From Verrucomicrobiota bacterium (lineage in GTDB: Bacteria > Verrucomicrobiota > Verrucomicrobiia > Limisphaerales > JADLHS01), in assembly GCA_013140495.1 (NCBI GenBank), contig JABFSR010000080.1, positions 1,055-65,054 of the forward strand: a stretch of DNA of 64,000 nt, read 5' to 3'. Below are positions 1-11,352 of this stretch, in pieces (the first letter of the stretch is position 1; every line of letters starts with the position of its first letter). Both the position numbers and the translations under genes were made by a program. The notes under the pieces were generated by a model. It did not search any database and was not told the DNA's origin. It saw only the letters and a program-made list of their open reading frames with translations.

Positions 1-11
1 ACGATTGTGCC

Positions 12-857
12 GTGATCGAGTGTGGTAACGTCAGCCGGCAGTTGCTCTTCAAAACGGATGCTGTGGTGGAAGGAATCCATTTCAACACAGACACACCACC
101 GGAACAGATCGGACACAAGGCGCTCGCACGTTGTCTAAGCGACATTGCCGCGATGGCCGGAACTCCGACAGCGGCGCTCGTGACGATTGCTTTGCCGAAG
201 AACTTCGACTCAAAGGTTGTTGAGAGAATTTACGCAGGCATGAACGTGCTTGCGCAGCGGCACGGTGTTGCCATCGTCGGGGGCGAGACGACTACGAACC
301 CGGAGCGGCTGCTGATTTCGATTTCGCTTCTCGGCTCCGTACCGCGAGGGAAGGCGGTGTTGCGCTCCGGGGCGAAAGTTGGCGATGTCATCTTCGTCAC
401 CGGCGAACTTGGCGGCTCACTTGCAGGAAAGCATCTGGACTTTGAGCCGCGACTCGCGGAAGCGATCTGGTTGGCGGAGACATTTCCCGTTCACGCGATG
501 ATGGATGTGAGCGATGGGCTTGCGGGTGATCTGCGACACATTCTCAATGCGAGCGGCGTGGGCGCGGAGTTGCTCAAGTCCGCCGTGCCGATAAGTCGTG
601 CTGCAAAAGTAAATGCAAAGCGTGGTGATGCAGCCAAGCCAGCATTCGTGGCGGCGTTGACCGATGGCGAGGATTTTGAACTGCTGTTCACGGTCTCCAG
701 CAAGGATGCCGTTCCTTTGCTCGACGCTTGGAAGAAGCAATTCCTCAACATCAAACTCAGTTGCATCGGCAGGATTGTTTCGGGTGAAGGCATTCGACTG
801 CGCGATCAAACCGGGATCCGCCCGCTCCAAGCACATGGCTACGTTCATTTCTCATAG
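12..857 (+). CDS. thiL: thiamine-monophosphate kinase (5' end probably outside the window)
   Basis: Motifs TDAVVEGIHF, LSDIAAMAG, VGGET, MDVSDGL, GEDFELLF. Confidence 0.93.
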   Translation: MIECGNVSRQLLFKTDAVVEGIHFNTDTPPEQIGHKALARCLSDIAAMAGTPTAALVTIALPKNFDSKVVERIYAGMNVLAQRHGVAIVGGETTTNPERLLISISLLGSVPRGKAVLRSGAKVGDVIFVTGELGGSLAGKHLDFEPRLAEAIWLAETFPVHAMMDVSDGLAGDLRHILNASGVGAELLKSAVPISRAAKVNAKRGDAAKPAFVAALTDGEDFELLFTVSSKDAVPLLDAWKKQFLNIKLSCIGRIVSGEGIRLRDQTGIRPLQAHGYVHFS

Positions 858-1272
858 CCCTGCCGAAACTGAGTTGCTCGGCGAGCGTTGGGGACGCGAC
901 GCGACGCGCGGGCTTGTCATCGCATTGAGCGGCGATCTTGGCGCGGGCAAGACGCAACTCGTCAAAGGCGTTGCGCGCGGTCTTGGCGTGACGGTGCGCG
1001 TTCATTCGCCCACGTTCACGCTCGTCAATGAATATGGCGGCGGAAGGCTCAAGCTGTTCCACCTCGACCTCTACCGGCTCGAAACTGCGGCACAAATTCA
1101 TAGCGCTGGCATTGAGGAATTTCTCCAGCCGGACGGAGTGGCGGTGATTGAATGGGCCGAGCGGCTCGAAGATGGAGGATGGAAGATGGAAGATGGCAAA
1201 GTCAGAAAAGTGAGAATCAACATCATCAGCGAAACAGAGCGGCGGATAGATTATGAAGATTTTGGCGTTTGA
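835..1272 (+). CDS. tsaE: tRNA threonylcarbamoyladenosine biosynthesis ATPase TsaE
   Basis: GDLGAGKT Walker A, SPTFTLV, HLDLYRL, IEWAE; ATG at 835 overlaps the end of thiL. Confidence 0.93.
   Translation: MATFISHSPAETELLGERWGRDATRGLVIALSGDLGAGKTQLVKGVARGLGVTVRVHSPTFTLVNEYGGGRLKLFHLDLYRLETAAQIHSAGIEEFLQPDGVAVIEWAERLEDGGWKMEDGKVRKVRINIISETERRIDYEDFGV
1171..1198 (+). repeat. heptamer tandem repeat inside tsaE
   Basis: GATGGAG GATGGAA GATGGAA GATGGCA. Confidence 0.75.
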
Positions 1273-1912
1273 ATTTTCCTCATCGCAAAGAAGCGTCGCG
1301 GTGTTGAATGCGGATGAAAGCGGCGTCACCTCCACGGGCGAAGTTGTGGAATCATCACCAGGCAACTCCACGCAACCCCTGAGCATGGTGGAGAGGGCAT
1401 TGAATCAGGCTGGATTGGAACGCGGACAAATCGAGTGCATCGCAGTCGGCATCGGGCCGGGTTCCTACACAAGCATTCGCGTGGCGATCTCGCTCGCGCA
1501 AGGTTGGCAGCTTGCGACGAATGTGAAACTCACCGGCGTCAGCAGTGTGGAGTGCATCGCTGAACAGGCGGTCGCGGAAGGACTTAATCGCCCGCTCTCA
1601 GTGGTTGTTGATGCACAACGCGGGGAATTTTATCTGGCAGGATATGATTGCCCTGGCGGAAAACTGCGTGAAGTCGTTCCGTTACGAATCGTGTCGTCAG
1701 ACGAGGTTCGCGCACGGGAGCAAGCTGGAGACGTTTTGGTCGGGCCTGACGTGACGCGCTGGTTTCCGGGCGGACGGCAGGTTTTTCCGCGTGCCGAAGT
1801 CGTGGCAACACTGGCGCTGGCCTGGAGGAATTTTGTCAGCGGCAAAACAATCGAACCAATTTACCTGAGGGAAACGCAATTTGTGAAAGCCGCGCCGCCA
1901 CGGGTCATCTGA
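1253..1912 (+). CDS. tsaB: tRNA threonylcarbamoyltransferase complex subunit TsaB
   Basis: MKILAFEFS, AVGIGPGSYTSIR, DAQRGEFY, EPIYLR; adjacent to tsaE. Confidence 0.92.
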   Translation: MKILAFEFSSSQRSVAVLNADESGVTSTGEVVESSPGNSTQPLSMVERALNQAGLERGQIECIAVGIGPGSYTSIRVAISLAQGWQLATNVKLTGVSSVECIAEQAVAEGLNRPLSVVVDAQRGEFYLAGYDCPGGKLREVVPLRIVSSDEVRAREQAGDVLVGPDVTRWFPGGRQVFPRAEVVATLALAWRNFVSGKTIEPIYLRETQFVKAAPPRVI

Positions 1913-1959
1913 ATTCTATGCTTTCGTTTGTCGCCCGTTAACCCCATAACATTCCCGCA

Positions 1960-3006
1960 ATGAAGGCTGCTGTTCTTTACGGCAAGGAAGACGTCCGTGT
2001 GGAAGATGTGCCGTCCGCGAAACTCAAACGCGGCGAGGTGCGTGTCCACATTGAGGCAGCTCTAACCTGCGGCACCGATCTCAAGGTTTTCAAGCGTGGT
2101 TATCACGCGAAGATGATTGTTCCACCGGCGGTGTTCGGTCATGAATTGTCCGGCGTCGTCTCGGAAGTGTCCGGCGCAAAATGCACGGTCACGGGTGAAC
2201 TGTGGCACGTGGGAGATCGCGTGGTCGTTGCCAACTCCGCGCCGTGCGGCGAATGTTTTCATTGCCGCGCGAAACAGGAAAATCTTTGCGAGGACTTGAT
2301 CTTTCTCAACGGCGCTTACGCGGAATCCATCGTCGTGCCTGCGCGCATTGCCGCGAAGAACATGGTCCGGCTGAAGACGAAGACCGCGTTTCATGATGCG
2401 GCGCTCGTTGAACCGCTGGCTTGCGTGGTTCAGGGCGTTGAAGACTCGCGGTTGGTACGCGGACAAAAAATTCTCGTCATCGGTGCCGGACCAATCGGGC
2501 TCATGTTCGTCGCGCTCGCCAAACATCTCGGTTGCGACGTGACGGTGGCGGGTCGGCAGAAGGTTAGATTGCAGGCTGCGGAGAAACTGGGTGCGAGCAA
2601 GGTCGTGGACGTGGGCAACGGACGTGGCGTGGTGATGAACGTTCGCGAAGCCTCGAAGAAGCTGTTCGACGTGGTGATCGAAGCCGTCGGCAAGCCTGAG
2701 ACGTGGGAGGCCGCCGTGCAACTTGTCCGCAAAGGCGGCACGGTCAATTTCTTTGGAGGTTGCCCCTCTGGCACGACTGTAACGCTGGACACGACGCTGA
2801 TCCATTATTCCAACCTCACGATGCTGGCAAGCTTCCATCACACCCCGCGCACCATCCGTCGCGCATTGGAGTTCATCGAGGCCGGTGTGGTGCATCAGGC
2901 GGATTTTGTCAGCGGTCACTGGCCGTTGACCCGGTTGCCGGACCTCTTCAGGCAGATGACGCTCGGCAATCAGGCAGTGAAGACGCTCATTCACGTCCGG
3001 CAATAA
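1960..3006 (+). CDS. zinc-dependent alcohol dehydrogenase (MDR family)
   Basis: CGTD, GHE, CGECFHC...C structural zinc site, GAGPIG Rossmann motif. Confidence 0.9.
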   Translation: MKAAVLYGKEDVRVEDVPSAKLKRGEVRVHIEAALTCGTDLKVFKRGYHAKMIVPPAVFGHELSGVVSEVSGAKCTVTGELWHVGDRVVVANSAPCGECFHCRAKQENLCEDLIFLNGAYAESIVVPARIAAKNMVRLKTKTAFHDAALVEPLACVVQGVEDSRLVRGQKILVIGAGPIGLMFVALAKHLGCDVTVAGRQKVRLQAAEKLGASKVVDVGNGRGVVMNVREASKKLFDVVIEAVGKPETWEAAVQLVRKGGTVNFFGGCPSGTTVTLDTTLIHYSNLTMLASFHHTPRTIRRALEFIEAGVVHQADFVSGHWPLTRLPDLFRQMTLGNQAVKTLIHVRQ

Positions 3007-3029
3007 TCGCAAACCGCCGAGAGCGATTC

Positions 3030-3057
3030 TTGACTCAACTTTCTTCGCGCTTATCAT
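3030..3057 (+). promoter_or_regulatory. putative sigma70 promoter of eno
   Basis: TTGACT-N16-TATCAT. Confidence 0.5.
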
Positions 3058-3114
3058 ACACCTTCTGTGAATTTGGGAATCAGGTATTCACGAAACGACC
3101 TCCTGATTTCCTGA

Positions 3115-4428
<1,314 letters not shown>

Positions 4429-4449
4429 GCACTTCTGCCACGAATTCTG

Positions 4450-4491
4450 AACCCGGAAGTCAGGCAACTGGCTTCCGGGTTTCACGTTTTT
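4450..4491 (+). terminator. intrinsic terminator after eno
   Basis: AACCCGGAAGTCAG-GCAA-CTGGCTTCCGGGTT hairpin followed by TCACGTTTTT. Confidence 0.75.
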
Positions 4492-4630
4492 AGCATGTGC
4501 CTGGTAAAAGTCTTACGTGGCGTCAATTGCGATTTGATAGCCCTCTGGATTACCAGATGCTTGTTCCAAGGCGGAATGATGGGCTTGCGCCCCCGGAGGT
4601 CTTTTGCAATTGTCCAGTTCACACAATCTC

Positions 4631-7063
4631 ATGAACTACCACGTCAACAGGAACGGGCAGAGCCTGGGCGTTTTCAATCTCGACGAACTGGTGCGGCGTC
4701 GGCGAACCGGTGAATTGACCGGTGGCGAGATGGCCTGGTGCGAAGGAATGACCGGATGGGAATTGCTGGACGCGGTATTGCGGCGGGACGCCCCTCAAAG
4801 TTTTCAGATTGCACCACCGCCAATGCCGATGTCGCCGCGCGGCGAGAGAAGCAATTCAACGCGGATCGTGCTTTGGATTGCAGGTGTGATGGTCGCGGTG
4901 CTCGTGGCTTTTTGCGTGGTGGCGGCGATCTTTGTGGTGCGCTTTGCAAAGAAGGCGCGGGAGACTGTCCTCGCAGGCATGGAGGAATCCACCACGGGCG
5001 TCAGCGCTGCAAGCCAGCCTCTGCGTTCGACAACCAATTCCCTCACCGAAGCCGACGTCCGGAAACAACACGAGGCATTTCGCCGCCGTCAATGGATCGA
5101 AGGCTACAAGGAGTTCGGTCGTCACGACAAGCCGTGGGATGCAGATGCAACGCTGTTGATGACGGCCTGGGTGGAGGATGACAGCCGCGCACGTTCGAAC
5201 AAGGCAACTGCGCGAGAGCTGATTGAAAAAATTCTGGCTGCGAATTGTGATGATCCGCTCGTCCTGACCCTCGCCGGTTATCACGCCGTCAATCTGACGG
5301 AATCCATCCGGCAACTGGAACGCGCCACGGAGGAATACTCGAAATCAAAGTATCGGGCCTACCCCAAATTTTATGCGGCTGTTCTGCTTGGAAACAAAAC
5401 GCGAAACCAACCGGGGCGCTTCGAACAATCTGATTCCGCCGCATTGCTTTTGTGGTCGCAGGCGTTGGGCGACGGAAGTTTTCTGCCGCAGGACCAGGAG
5501 GAGCTGGCAAAGATTTTTGTCGGCGGCTGGGGCGAGCAATTTTTCAAACGAAACGGAACGAACATTTGCCAGTTGGTAAAGTCGGCCGGAAAAGATTTCG
5601 CCTGGCTTGCGTTTGTGCTCGACGGCGAACTGCATATCAACGAGGCGTGGAACGCGCGGGGCAGGGGCTACGCAAAAAGTGTGACTGCTCAGGGTTGGGA
5701 TGGATTCAGCCAGCATATTACGCTCGCGGAAAAGAGCCTGACAGCAGCGTGGGAGTTGCGGTCAGATCTGGCCACAGCGCCGCACCGCATGATGACGGTG
5801 ACGCTTGGCAACGGTGACGCGCAGCAGATGCGCACGTGGTTTGATCGCGCGACCGAGATTCAGGTGGATCATCCGGGCGCATGGTCTTCGATGCGGTGGG
5901 GTTTGCGTCCACGCTGGCATGGGAGTCACGCGGCAATGCGGGCGCTCGGGAAGATGGCGATCGAGACCGGGAGATTCGACACGGACGTGCCGTATGAATT
6001 TTTCAAGGTGGTGGGTGACATGGAGCAGGACAACGAGCTGCCAGTTGGGTTGCATCTGTATGATGGCGAAGACGTCTGGCCGCACTTGCAGGCCATGTAT
6101 GAAGGTTACATCGCCGAACCTTCGCGTGCATCTTCCAGGGACATCTGGCGAACCGCGTATGCGGTGACGGCGTTCATTGCAGAGCACCATGACGAGGCCC
6201 GGCGGCAATTGGAGGCGATGGACTGGAAGCCCGACGCCAGCCAGTTGCGGAACTGGGGCGTGGACTTGTCGGCGATGTCGTTGGAAGTGGCCGCGCGCAC
6301 GGGCAGTTCGGGGACTCTGGTGACCGATGCGGAAACCAGCCGGGACATTGAAGAATACGAGGACGCATTGAAGTCCTACGCGCAGGTGATCAGCAACAAT
6401 GCCGGGGATGAACGCACCGTGGCATTCGCAAAAGCGCAGAGCGAATTGATCCGCTTCGAGCAAAAGTTTGGCAAAGGTGAGTGGGTAGATTTCCTTCCTG
6501 CAAGCCAGTTGGACGCTAACTGGCCGGTTTCCTGGGGTGAACCCTTGCGTGCCGGGAAAGATTCGTTCGAGATCTCATCGCACCACAACGGGCATTTGTT
6601 GTATTCGCGCGCTCGGGTGGGACAAAACTTTGAGGTGCGTGGGGAATTTGAAGTGGTGAGCACGTCGAACGGGGAGTTTCAAGCGGGCCTCGTGATGGGC
6701 GTGCCGGATTCGGACACGGAGTTCAAATCGGGTGCGTGGCACGGCTTCCGGATGAGGCATAACAAGACCGATGGCGATGCGGTGGTTCTCTCGAAAGGTT
6801 GGGCGCAACCGCGCGTTACAAAAAAGGCGGCGCTTGATTCGGATCGAAACGCGTTCACGTTTCGTCTCGTGGACGGCAAGGTCAGCGCGACATTGAATGG
6901 AAAGTCTGTGATCTCGAATACAGTGTTGCCTTCGAAGCTGGAGTTCTATGGCAACAACTTTTACGTCGGCCTCGGCGCATTCAATGATACCAACGACACT
7001 GTGATCCGATACCGCAACGTACAGATACGGCGACTGGAATCGGTAATGGATTCCGAGAGGTAA
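4631..7063 (+). CDS. membrane-anchored protein: N-terminal GYF_2-like domain, TM helix, DUF4034-like helical region, C-terminal beta-sandwich
   Basis: YHVNRNGQSLG...AWCEGMTGW (GYF_2-like); AWNARGRGYA and PRWHGS (DUF4034-like). Confidence 0.65.
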   Translation: MNYHVNRNGQSLGVFNLDELVRRRRTGELTGGEMAWCEGMTGWELLDAVLRRDAPQSFQIAPPPMPMSPRGERSNSTRIVLWIAGVMVAVLVAFCVVAAIFVVRFAKKARETVLAGMEESTTGVSAASQPLRSTTNSLTEADVRKQHEAFRRRQWIEGYKEFGRHDKPWDADATLLMTAWVEDDSRARSNKATARELIEKILAANCDDPLVLTLAGYHAVNLTESIRQLERATEEYSKSKYRAYPKFYAAVLLGNKTRNQPGRFEQSDSAALLLWSQALGDGSFLPQDQEELAKIFVGGWGEQFFKRNGTNICQLVKSAGKDFAWLAFVLDGELHINEAWNARGRGYAKSVTAQGWDGFSQHITLAEKSLTAAWELRSDLATAPHRMMTVTLGNGDAQQMRTWFDRATEIQVDHPGAWSSMRWGLRPRWHGSHAAMRALGKMAIETGRFDTDVPYEFFKVVGDMEQDNELPVGLHLYDGEDVWPHLQAMYEGYIAEPSRASSRDIWRTAYAVTAFIAEHHDEARRQLEAMDWKPDASQLRNWGVDLSAMSLEVAARTGSSGTLVTDAETSRDIEEYEDALKSYAQVISNNAGDERTVAFAKAQSELIRFEQKFGKGEWVDFLPASQLDANWPVSWGEPLRAGKDSFEISSHHNGHLLYSRARVGQNFEVRGEFEVVSTSNGEFQAGLVMGVPDSDTEFKSGAWHGFRMRHNKTDGDAVVLSKGWAQPRVTKKAALDSDRNAFTFRLVDGKVSATLNGKSVISNTVLPSKLEFYGNNFYVGLGAFNDTNDTVIRYRNVQIRRLESVMDSER

Positions 7064-7089
7064 CGAGACGTTACACGTCTCGCAGGTTA

Positions 7090-7536
7090 TCAAACCTCGA
7101 TTCCATCTGGCTCGCAGATTGTCACTTCCAGTTTTCCAAAGCGTTTGGCATAGGCCGGACCTTCAACGGACGTGACGAGATGGTTTCGACCCTTGGGGTA
7201 ATACGAGCGGAAGACATTCAGGGCGGAGGCGTCGAACGCGGCGGGGTTCCATTTGCACTCGATCACGTCCACGGTGTCGCGGGTGCGCGGGATGATGAAA
7301 TCAATTTCATTGCCAGCCTTGTCCCGCCAGTAGCGGACGGGTGTGTCCGGCAGGTGGGCTTGCAGATGTTCCAGCGTCAGGTGTTCCCACAAACTGCCGC
7401 AGTCGTCGGGACGCAACGCATCCCAGCTGCGCGCAAAACTCACGAAGCCCGTGTCGAAGCCGTAAGCTTTGGGCTGCTTCACGAGTTCCTTCTGTCCGCC
7501 GCCGGAGAACGACCGCACCAGCGTGATGGCGCGCTA
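7090..7536 (-). pseudogene. C-terminal fragment of an AAA+/DUF4143 ATP-binding protein
   Basis: KQPKAYGFDTG, LWEH, YWRDKAGNEIDF, IECKW are present; the N-terminal ATPase part is missing. Confidence 0.65.
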
Positions 7537-7589
7537 TGCGTTTGGCCGGACTATTTGTAAAGTATGCTGGCGGTGAGGGTCGCCACAAA

Positions 7590-7761
7590 TGTAGCGTCGT
7601 GCATCCGTGCCTGACGTAGAGGGCGTGCATCCTTGCCGCCCGGAAGTGACGGAGGATTCTTTGAGGCTCAGGAAAGTTTCCAGCGCGTTGGGTTAACGTG
7701 GGCTCTTTCCGCCGGGCTGGGAAGCCCGGCTCTACGGCAGGCAGGGATGCCCGCCGCTACA
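7590..7761. repeat. REPIN/MITE-like element of inverted GTAG-REP doublets
   Basis: Arm 7590-7645 (TGTAGCGTCGTGCATCCGTGCCTGACGTAGAG...) is an imperfect inverted repeat of arm 7707-7761. Confidence 0.75.
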
Positions 7762-7860
7762 GTTCAAGCTGGACAAGTTTTTCGGCTCTGCTTGGCTTGC
7801 GGCGATGAAAATCCCGGAGTTCAAACCATCGAAGCGCTATCTTCGCGACATCAACCTTTC

Positions 7861-8130
7861 ATGTCTGGCTGCAACGGTCAAAAACTCGGAGTGGCCAAGT
7901 ATGAACGCAGTGGCCACGACCTCACAATCTTGATTTTGGCGCGGGGGATTCAAGGAAAGAACACGATTATAGAACGCCAACTCAAGTATGAGTTTTTGTA
8001 CGATGGCAAATTGCTGGCACAAACCCTGGATAAGCATGTCATTGTTTACACGCGTGCAGACGATTCCTATCGAAAAGGGGAACCGACACCGCCATTGAAA
8101 ACGATTGACTGGAAAAAGCTGGATGTATGA
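7861..8130 (+). CDS. hypothetical protein or gene remnant
   Basis: 89-codon AT-richer ORF, start uncertain. Confidence 0.3.
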   Translation: MSGCNGQKLGVAKYERSGHDLTILILARGIQGKNTIIERQLKYEFLYDGKLLAQTLDKHVIVYTRADDSYRKGEPTPPLKTIDWKKLDV

Positions 8131-8203
8131 GTTTCAGGTTGTTGAAAGCGAATGGCTGAAATCTTGCCATCGCAGGCGTTCTGTTGCTTAATGCGCGCCG
8201 CTC

Positions 8204-10315
8204 ATGTGTGCAGCCAAGCGTAAAAAAGAATCCGACCAGCCAGAATTGCCCATCGAAGGCGCGAAGCCCGCGCCGGCGAAGAAGCCTGCCGACAAGAACG
8301 GCAATGGTGGACAACACGTCGTAGCCGAAGCGGTTGAGGCCATTGCGCAGCGCCTATTTGATCCGAAGAAGCTCGAAGTGGGCTTGCACACGCGGGTGGA
8401 TCGCGGGTTTCTCGATTACGCGAGCTACGTCATCCGTGACCGCGCCATCCCGAATCTGGCGGACGGTTTGAAGCCAGTACAGCGGCGCATTCTCTGGGCG
8501 CTGCATGAAAAGGATGACGGGCGTTTCATCAAGGTCGCCAACGTCGTCGGTCACACGATGCAGTATCACCCGCACGGCGATGCTTCCATCGGCGATGCGC
8601 TCGTGGTACTGGCGAACAAGCGCTATCTCATCGAGGGGCAGGGAAACTTCGGCAACATTTTTACCGGCGACCCTGCCGCCGCACCGCGTTACATTGAATG
8701 CCGGCTCACGGAACTGGCGCGCACGGAAGTCTTCAACGACTCCATTACGGATTTCATCCCGAGCTATGACGGGCGCAACAAAGAGCCGGTGACGTTGCCG
8801 TGCAAGTTGCCGCTCACGCTCATGCTCGGCACGGAAGGCATCGCGGTCGGATTGAGTGCGCGCATTCTGCCGCACAATTTTCCCGAACTGATCGAAGCGC
8901 AGATCGCCATTCTCAAGAAGCAGTCGTTCAAGTGTCTGCCGGATTTCCCAACCGGCGGCCTGATGGATGCGCGCGACTACCAAGACGGTAAAGGCACGGT
9001 GAAGGTTCGCGCCAAGATCAAGACCAAGGACGAATCCACCGTCGTCATCAAAGAGATTCCGCCCACGACCACGACCGAGTCGCTCATCGCGTCCATCGAA
9101 GATGCGGTGCAGAAGGGCAAGTTGAAGGTGAAGTCCATCAACGATTTCACGTCGGAGAACGTCGAGATCGAAATCAAATGTCCGGCGGGCGTGGACGCGG
9201 AGAAGTTGGTGGACGCGCTGTACGCCTTCACCGCTTGCGAAGTCTCCATCGCCAGCCGCATCGTGGTCATCAAGGACAATCGTCCGGTGGAGTTGACGGT
9301 GTCGGAAATCCTGCGGGAGAACACCGATCAGCTCGTTGCCATCCTCAAGCGCGAACTGGAATTGCGTCAGCAGAAGCTGCAGGACGAACTGCATTACCGC
9401 ACGCTGGAACGCATCTTCATCGAGGAACGCATCTACAAGGCGATTGAGAAGTGCAAAACGAACGAGGCCGTGATGGCGGCGGTCTATGACGGGTTCAAGC
9501 CGTTCAAGAAGGAGTTGATCCGCGACATCGTGGACACGGATGTGGAGCGGTTGTTGCAGGTTCGCATCCGCCGCATTTCGCTCTTCGACATCAACAAGCA
9601 TCGCGAGGAGATGGAAAAGACGAAGGCGGAACTCGCCGAGACGTTGAAGAATCTCAAGAACCTGACGAAGTATGTCATCGGGCATCTGGAGGCGTTGCTG
9701 GAGAAATACGGCCCGATGTATCCGCGCCTGACCACCAAGTCCGCGCGCCACGAGGAAGTGGACGTGAAGGCGGTGGCGTTCAAGTCGTTCAAGGTCGCCT
9801 ATGATCGCGAGAGCGGTTACGTGGGCTACAAGGTGAGCGGCGAGGAATTCAAACTGGAGTGTACGAAGTTCGACAAGATTCTGCTCGTGTTCAAGGATGG
9901 CACTTACAAAGTCACCGAGTTGCCGGAAAAATTATTCGTCGGACCGGAGTTGTTCTATTGCGGCCTGCCGGATCGCGAGACGGTGTTCACTTGCGCCTAC
10001 ACGGATCGCAAGGCGAGCTACCTGAAGCGTTTCACGTTCGGCGGCACGATCATGAACAAGGCGTATCTCTGCATCCCGGACAAATCGCGCATCCTGTTTT
10101 TCGCGCCGGAAACGCCGAAGGTGCTCTACGTCCGCTACAAACCCGCGCCGCATCAGAAGATCAATCAACAGACGTGCGACCCGTCGAAGATTGAGATCAA
10201 ATCGCCGAAAACTCGTGGCCGGCAGATTTCCATCAAAGACATCTCCTCTGTCACGGCTGACCCGACACGTGGTTGGGATGAGAAGGCGGCGACGACGGAG
10301 ATTGTGTTCGTGTAG
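8204..10315 (+). CDS. parC: DNA topoisomerase IV subunit A (GyrA/ParC family, short C-terminus)
   Basis: DGLKPVQRRIL, YHPHGD, AAAPRYIE catalytic Tyr, PDFPTGG. Confidence 0.88.
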   Translation: MCAAKRKKESDQPELPIEGAKPAPAKKPADKNGNGGQHVVAEAVEAIAQRLFDPKKLEVGLHTRVDRGFLDYASYVIRDRAIPNLADGLKPVQRRILWALHEKDDGRFIKVANVVGHTMQYHPHGDASIGDALVVLANKRYLIEGQGNFGNIFTGDPAAAPRYIECRLTELARTEVFNDSITDFIPSYDGRNKEPVTLPCKLPLTLMLGTEGIAVGLSARILPHNFPELIEAQIAILKKQSFKCLPDFPTGGLMDARDYQDGKGTVKVRAKIKTKDESTVVIKEIPPTTTTESLIASIEDAVQKGKLKVKSINDFTSENVEIEIKCPAGVDAEKLVDALYAFTACEVSIASRIVVIKDNRPVELTVSEILRENTDQLVAILKRELELRQQKLQDELHYRTLERIFIEERIYKAIEKCKTNEAVMAAVYDGFKPFKKELIRDIVDTDVERLLQVRIRRISLFDINKHREEMEKTKAELAETLKNLKNLTKYVIGHLEALLEKYGPMYPRLTTKSARHEEVDVKAVAFKSFKVAYDRESGYVGYKVSGEEFKLECTKFDKILLVFKDGTYKVTELPEKLFVGPELFYCGLPDRETVFTCAYTDRKASYLKRFTFGGTIMNKAYLCIPDKSRILFFAPETPKVLYVRYKPAPHQKINQQTCDPSKIEIKSPKTRGRQISIKDISSVTADPTRGWDEKAATTEIVFV

Positions 10316-10383
10316 GGCGGAGGGCGCGAAAGAAAAACCTCGCAGTCTGGCGGAAAAAGGTGCAGAGGTATTGCCCAACGATC

Positions 10384-10578
10384 ATGTCGGAATTTACCCG
10401 TCATAACGATGAAACGACAACGCCAGCTTTGAAACTAGCCGAGGCGGTTTCCCCTTACAAAGCCGATGTGTGGCGACGGTTGACCCCGCGCGAGCGGTTG
10501 CGTCGCAGTTGGCAGATGCGGTCACGCCTTCCCGACCTGCAAGCAGTGCATGATCGCAAACTTTTTCCAAAACCTTAA
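10384..10578 (+). CDS. small protein, putative antitoxin-like partner of the downstream nucleotidyltransferase
   Basis: 64 aa, WRRLTPRERLRR; overlaps the next gene by 29 nt. Confidence 0.5.
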   Translation: MSEFTRHNDETTTPALKLAEAVSPYKADVWRRLTPRERLRRSWQMRSRLPDLQAVHDRKLFPKP

Positions 10579-11332
10579 CGCCAGCAAGATCGAGTATTTG
10601 CTGATCAGCGGTCAGGCGACCGTGCTTTATGGCGCGGCGACGTTTTCGGAAGACATTGATCTCTGGCTCAATCCGACGGCTGAAAACTGCGACCGTTTTC
10701 TCACGAGTCTGCGCGCTTGCGGGGCGCGTTACTACAAACTGACACCACCATTCACGCCCACCAACCTTCAGCGTGGTCACGGATTTCATTTTGTTTTGGG
10801 CGATGTTGGAGACGTTGCGTTCCTTGACGTGATGGGAAATCCGCCGCGCGCGGACTCTTTCTCCGCCGCCAGTGAAAAGGCATGCTGGATGCAAACCGAA
10901 TGGGGAGAGGTTCGCACCGTTGGCATCAAAGCGTTGGTTGAACTAAAGAAAACCCAGCGACTGGAAGACTATCCCATCATCAGCAAGCTCGCGCTCGCAT
11001 GGTTTGACCAGCCAGGCGCGAAAGTGCCTGATGATTTCATCTGGGCACTGGAAAATATTTTTACCCTGCCCGAGTTGACTGTTTTTTTCACCGAATATCC
11101 CGAGTCCGTCACTGCGGCCAGCCGGTTCAATCCAAAAGTTGCAGCCTTGGGCCGTCAGTTGCTGACCACTGCGGATGCGCCAGAATCCGCCGAACAGCCA
11201 GTGCGGGAACTATTCCAACAAAGAATCGCTGAACTGCAAATGGCAGATCGCCACTATTGGCGGGATATCATCGGCGAACTGAAAGCGCTGCGCGCGGCGG
11301 GAAAGTTGATGCTCGAAGGAAGCGAGATTTGA
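10550..11332 (+). CDS. nucleotidyltransferase-fold protein (DUF6036/AbiEii-like)
   Basis: YLLISGQATVLYGAATFSEDIDLW (G...DxD), LVELKK...RLED. Confidence 0.7.
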   Translation: MIANFFQNLNASKIEYLLISGQATVLYGAATFSEDIDLWLNPTAENCDRFLTSLRACGARYYKLTPPFTPTNLQRGHGFHFVLGDVGDVAFLDVMGNPPRADSFSAASEKACWMQTEWGEVRTVGIKALVELKKTQRLEDYPIISKLALAWFDQPGAKVPDDFIWALENIFTLPELTVFFTEYPESVTAASRFNPKVAALGRQLLTTADAPESAEQPVRELFQQRIAELQMADRHYWRDIIGELKALRAAGKLMLEGSEI

Positions 11333-11352
11333 TTTGGTGAAAGCGATCAAAG

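Noticed and set aside
7633-7860. N-terminal extension of the 7633..8130 ORF
   Set aside because: It reads through the REP palindrome and is probably non-coding.
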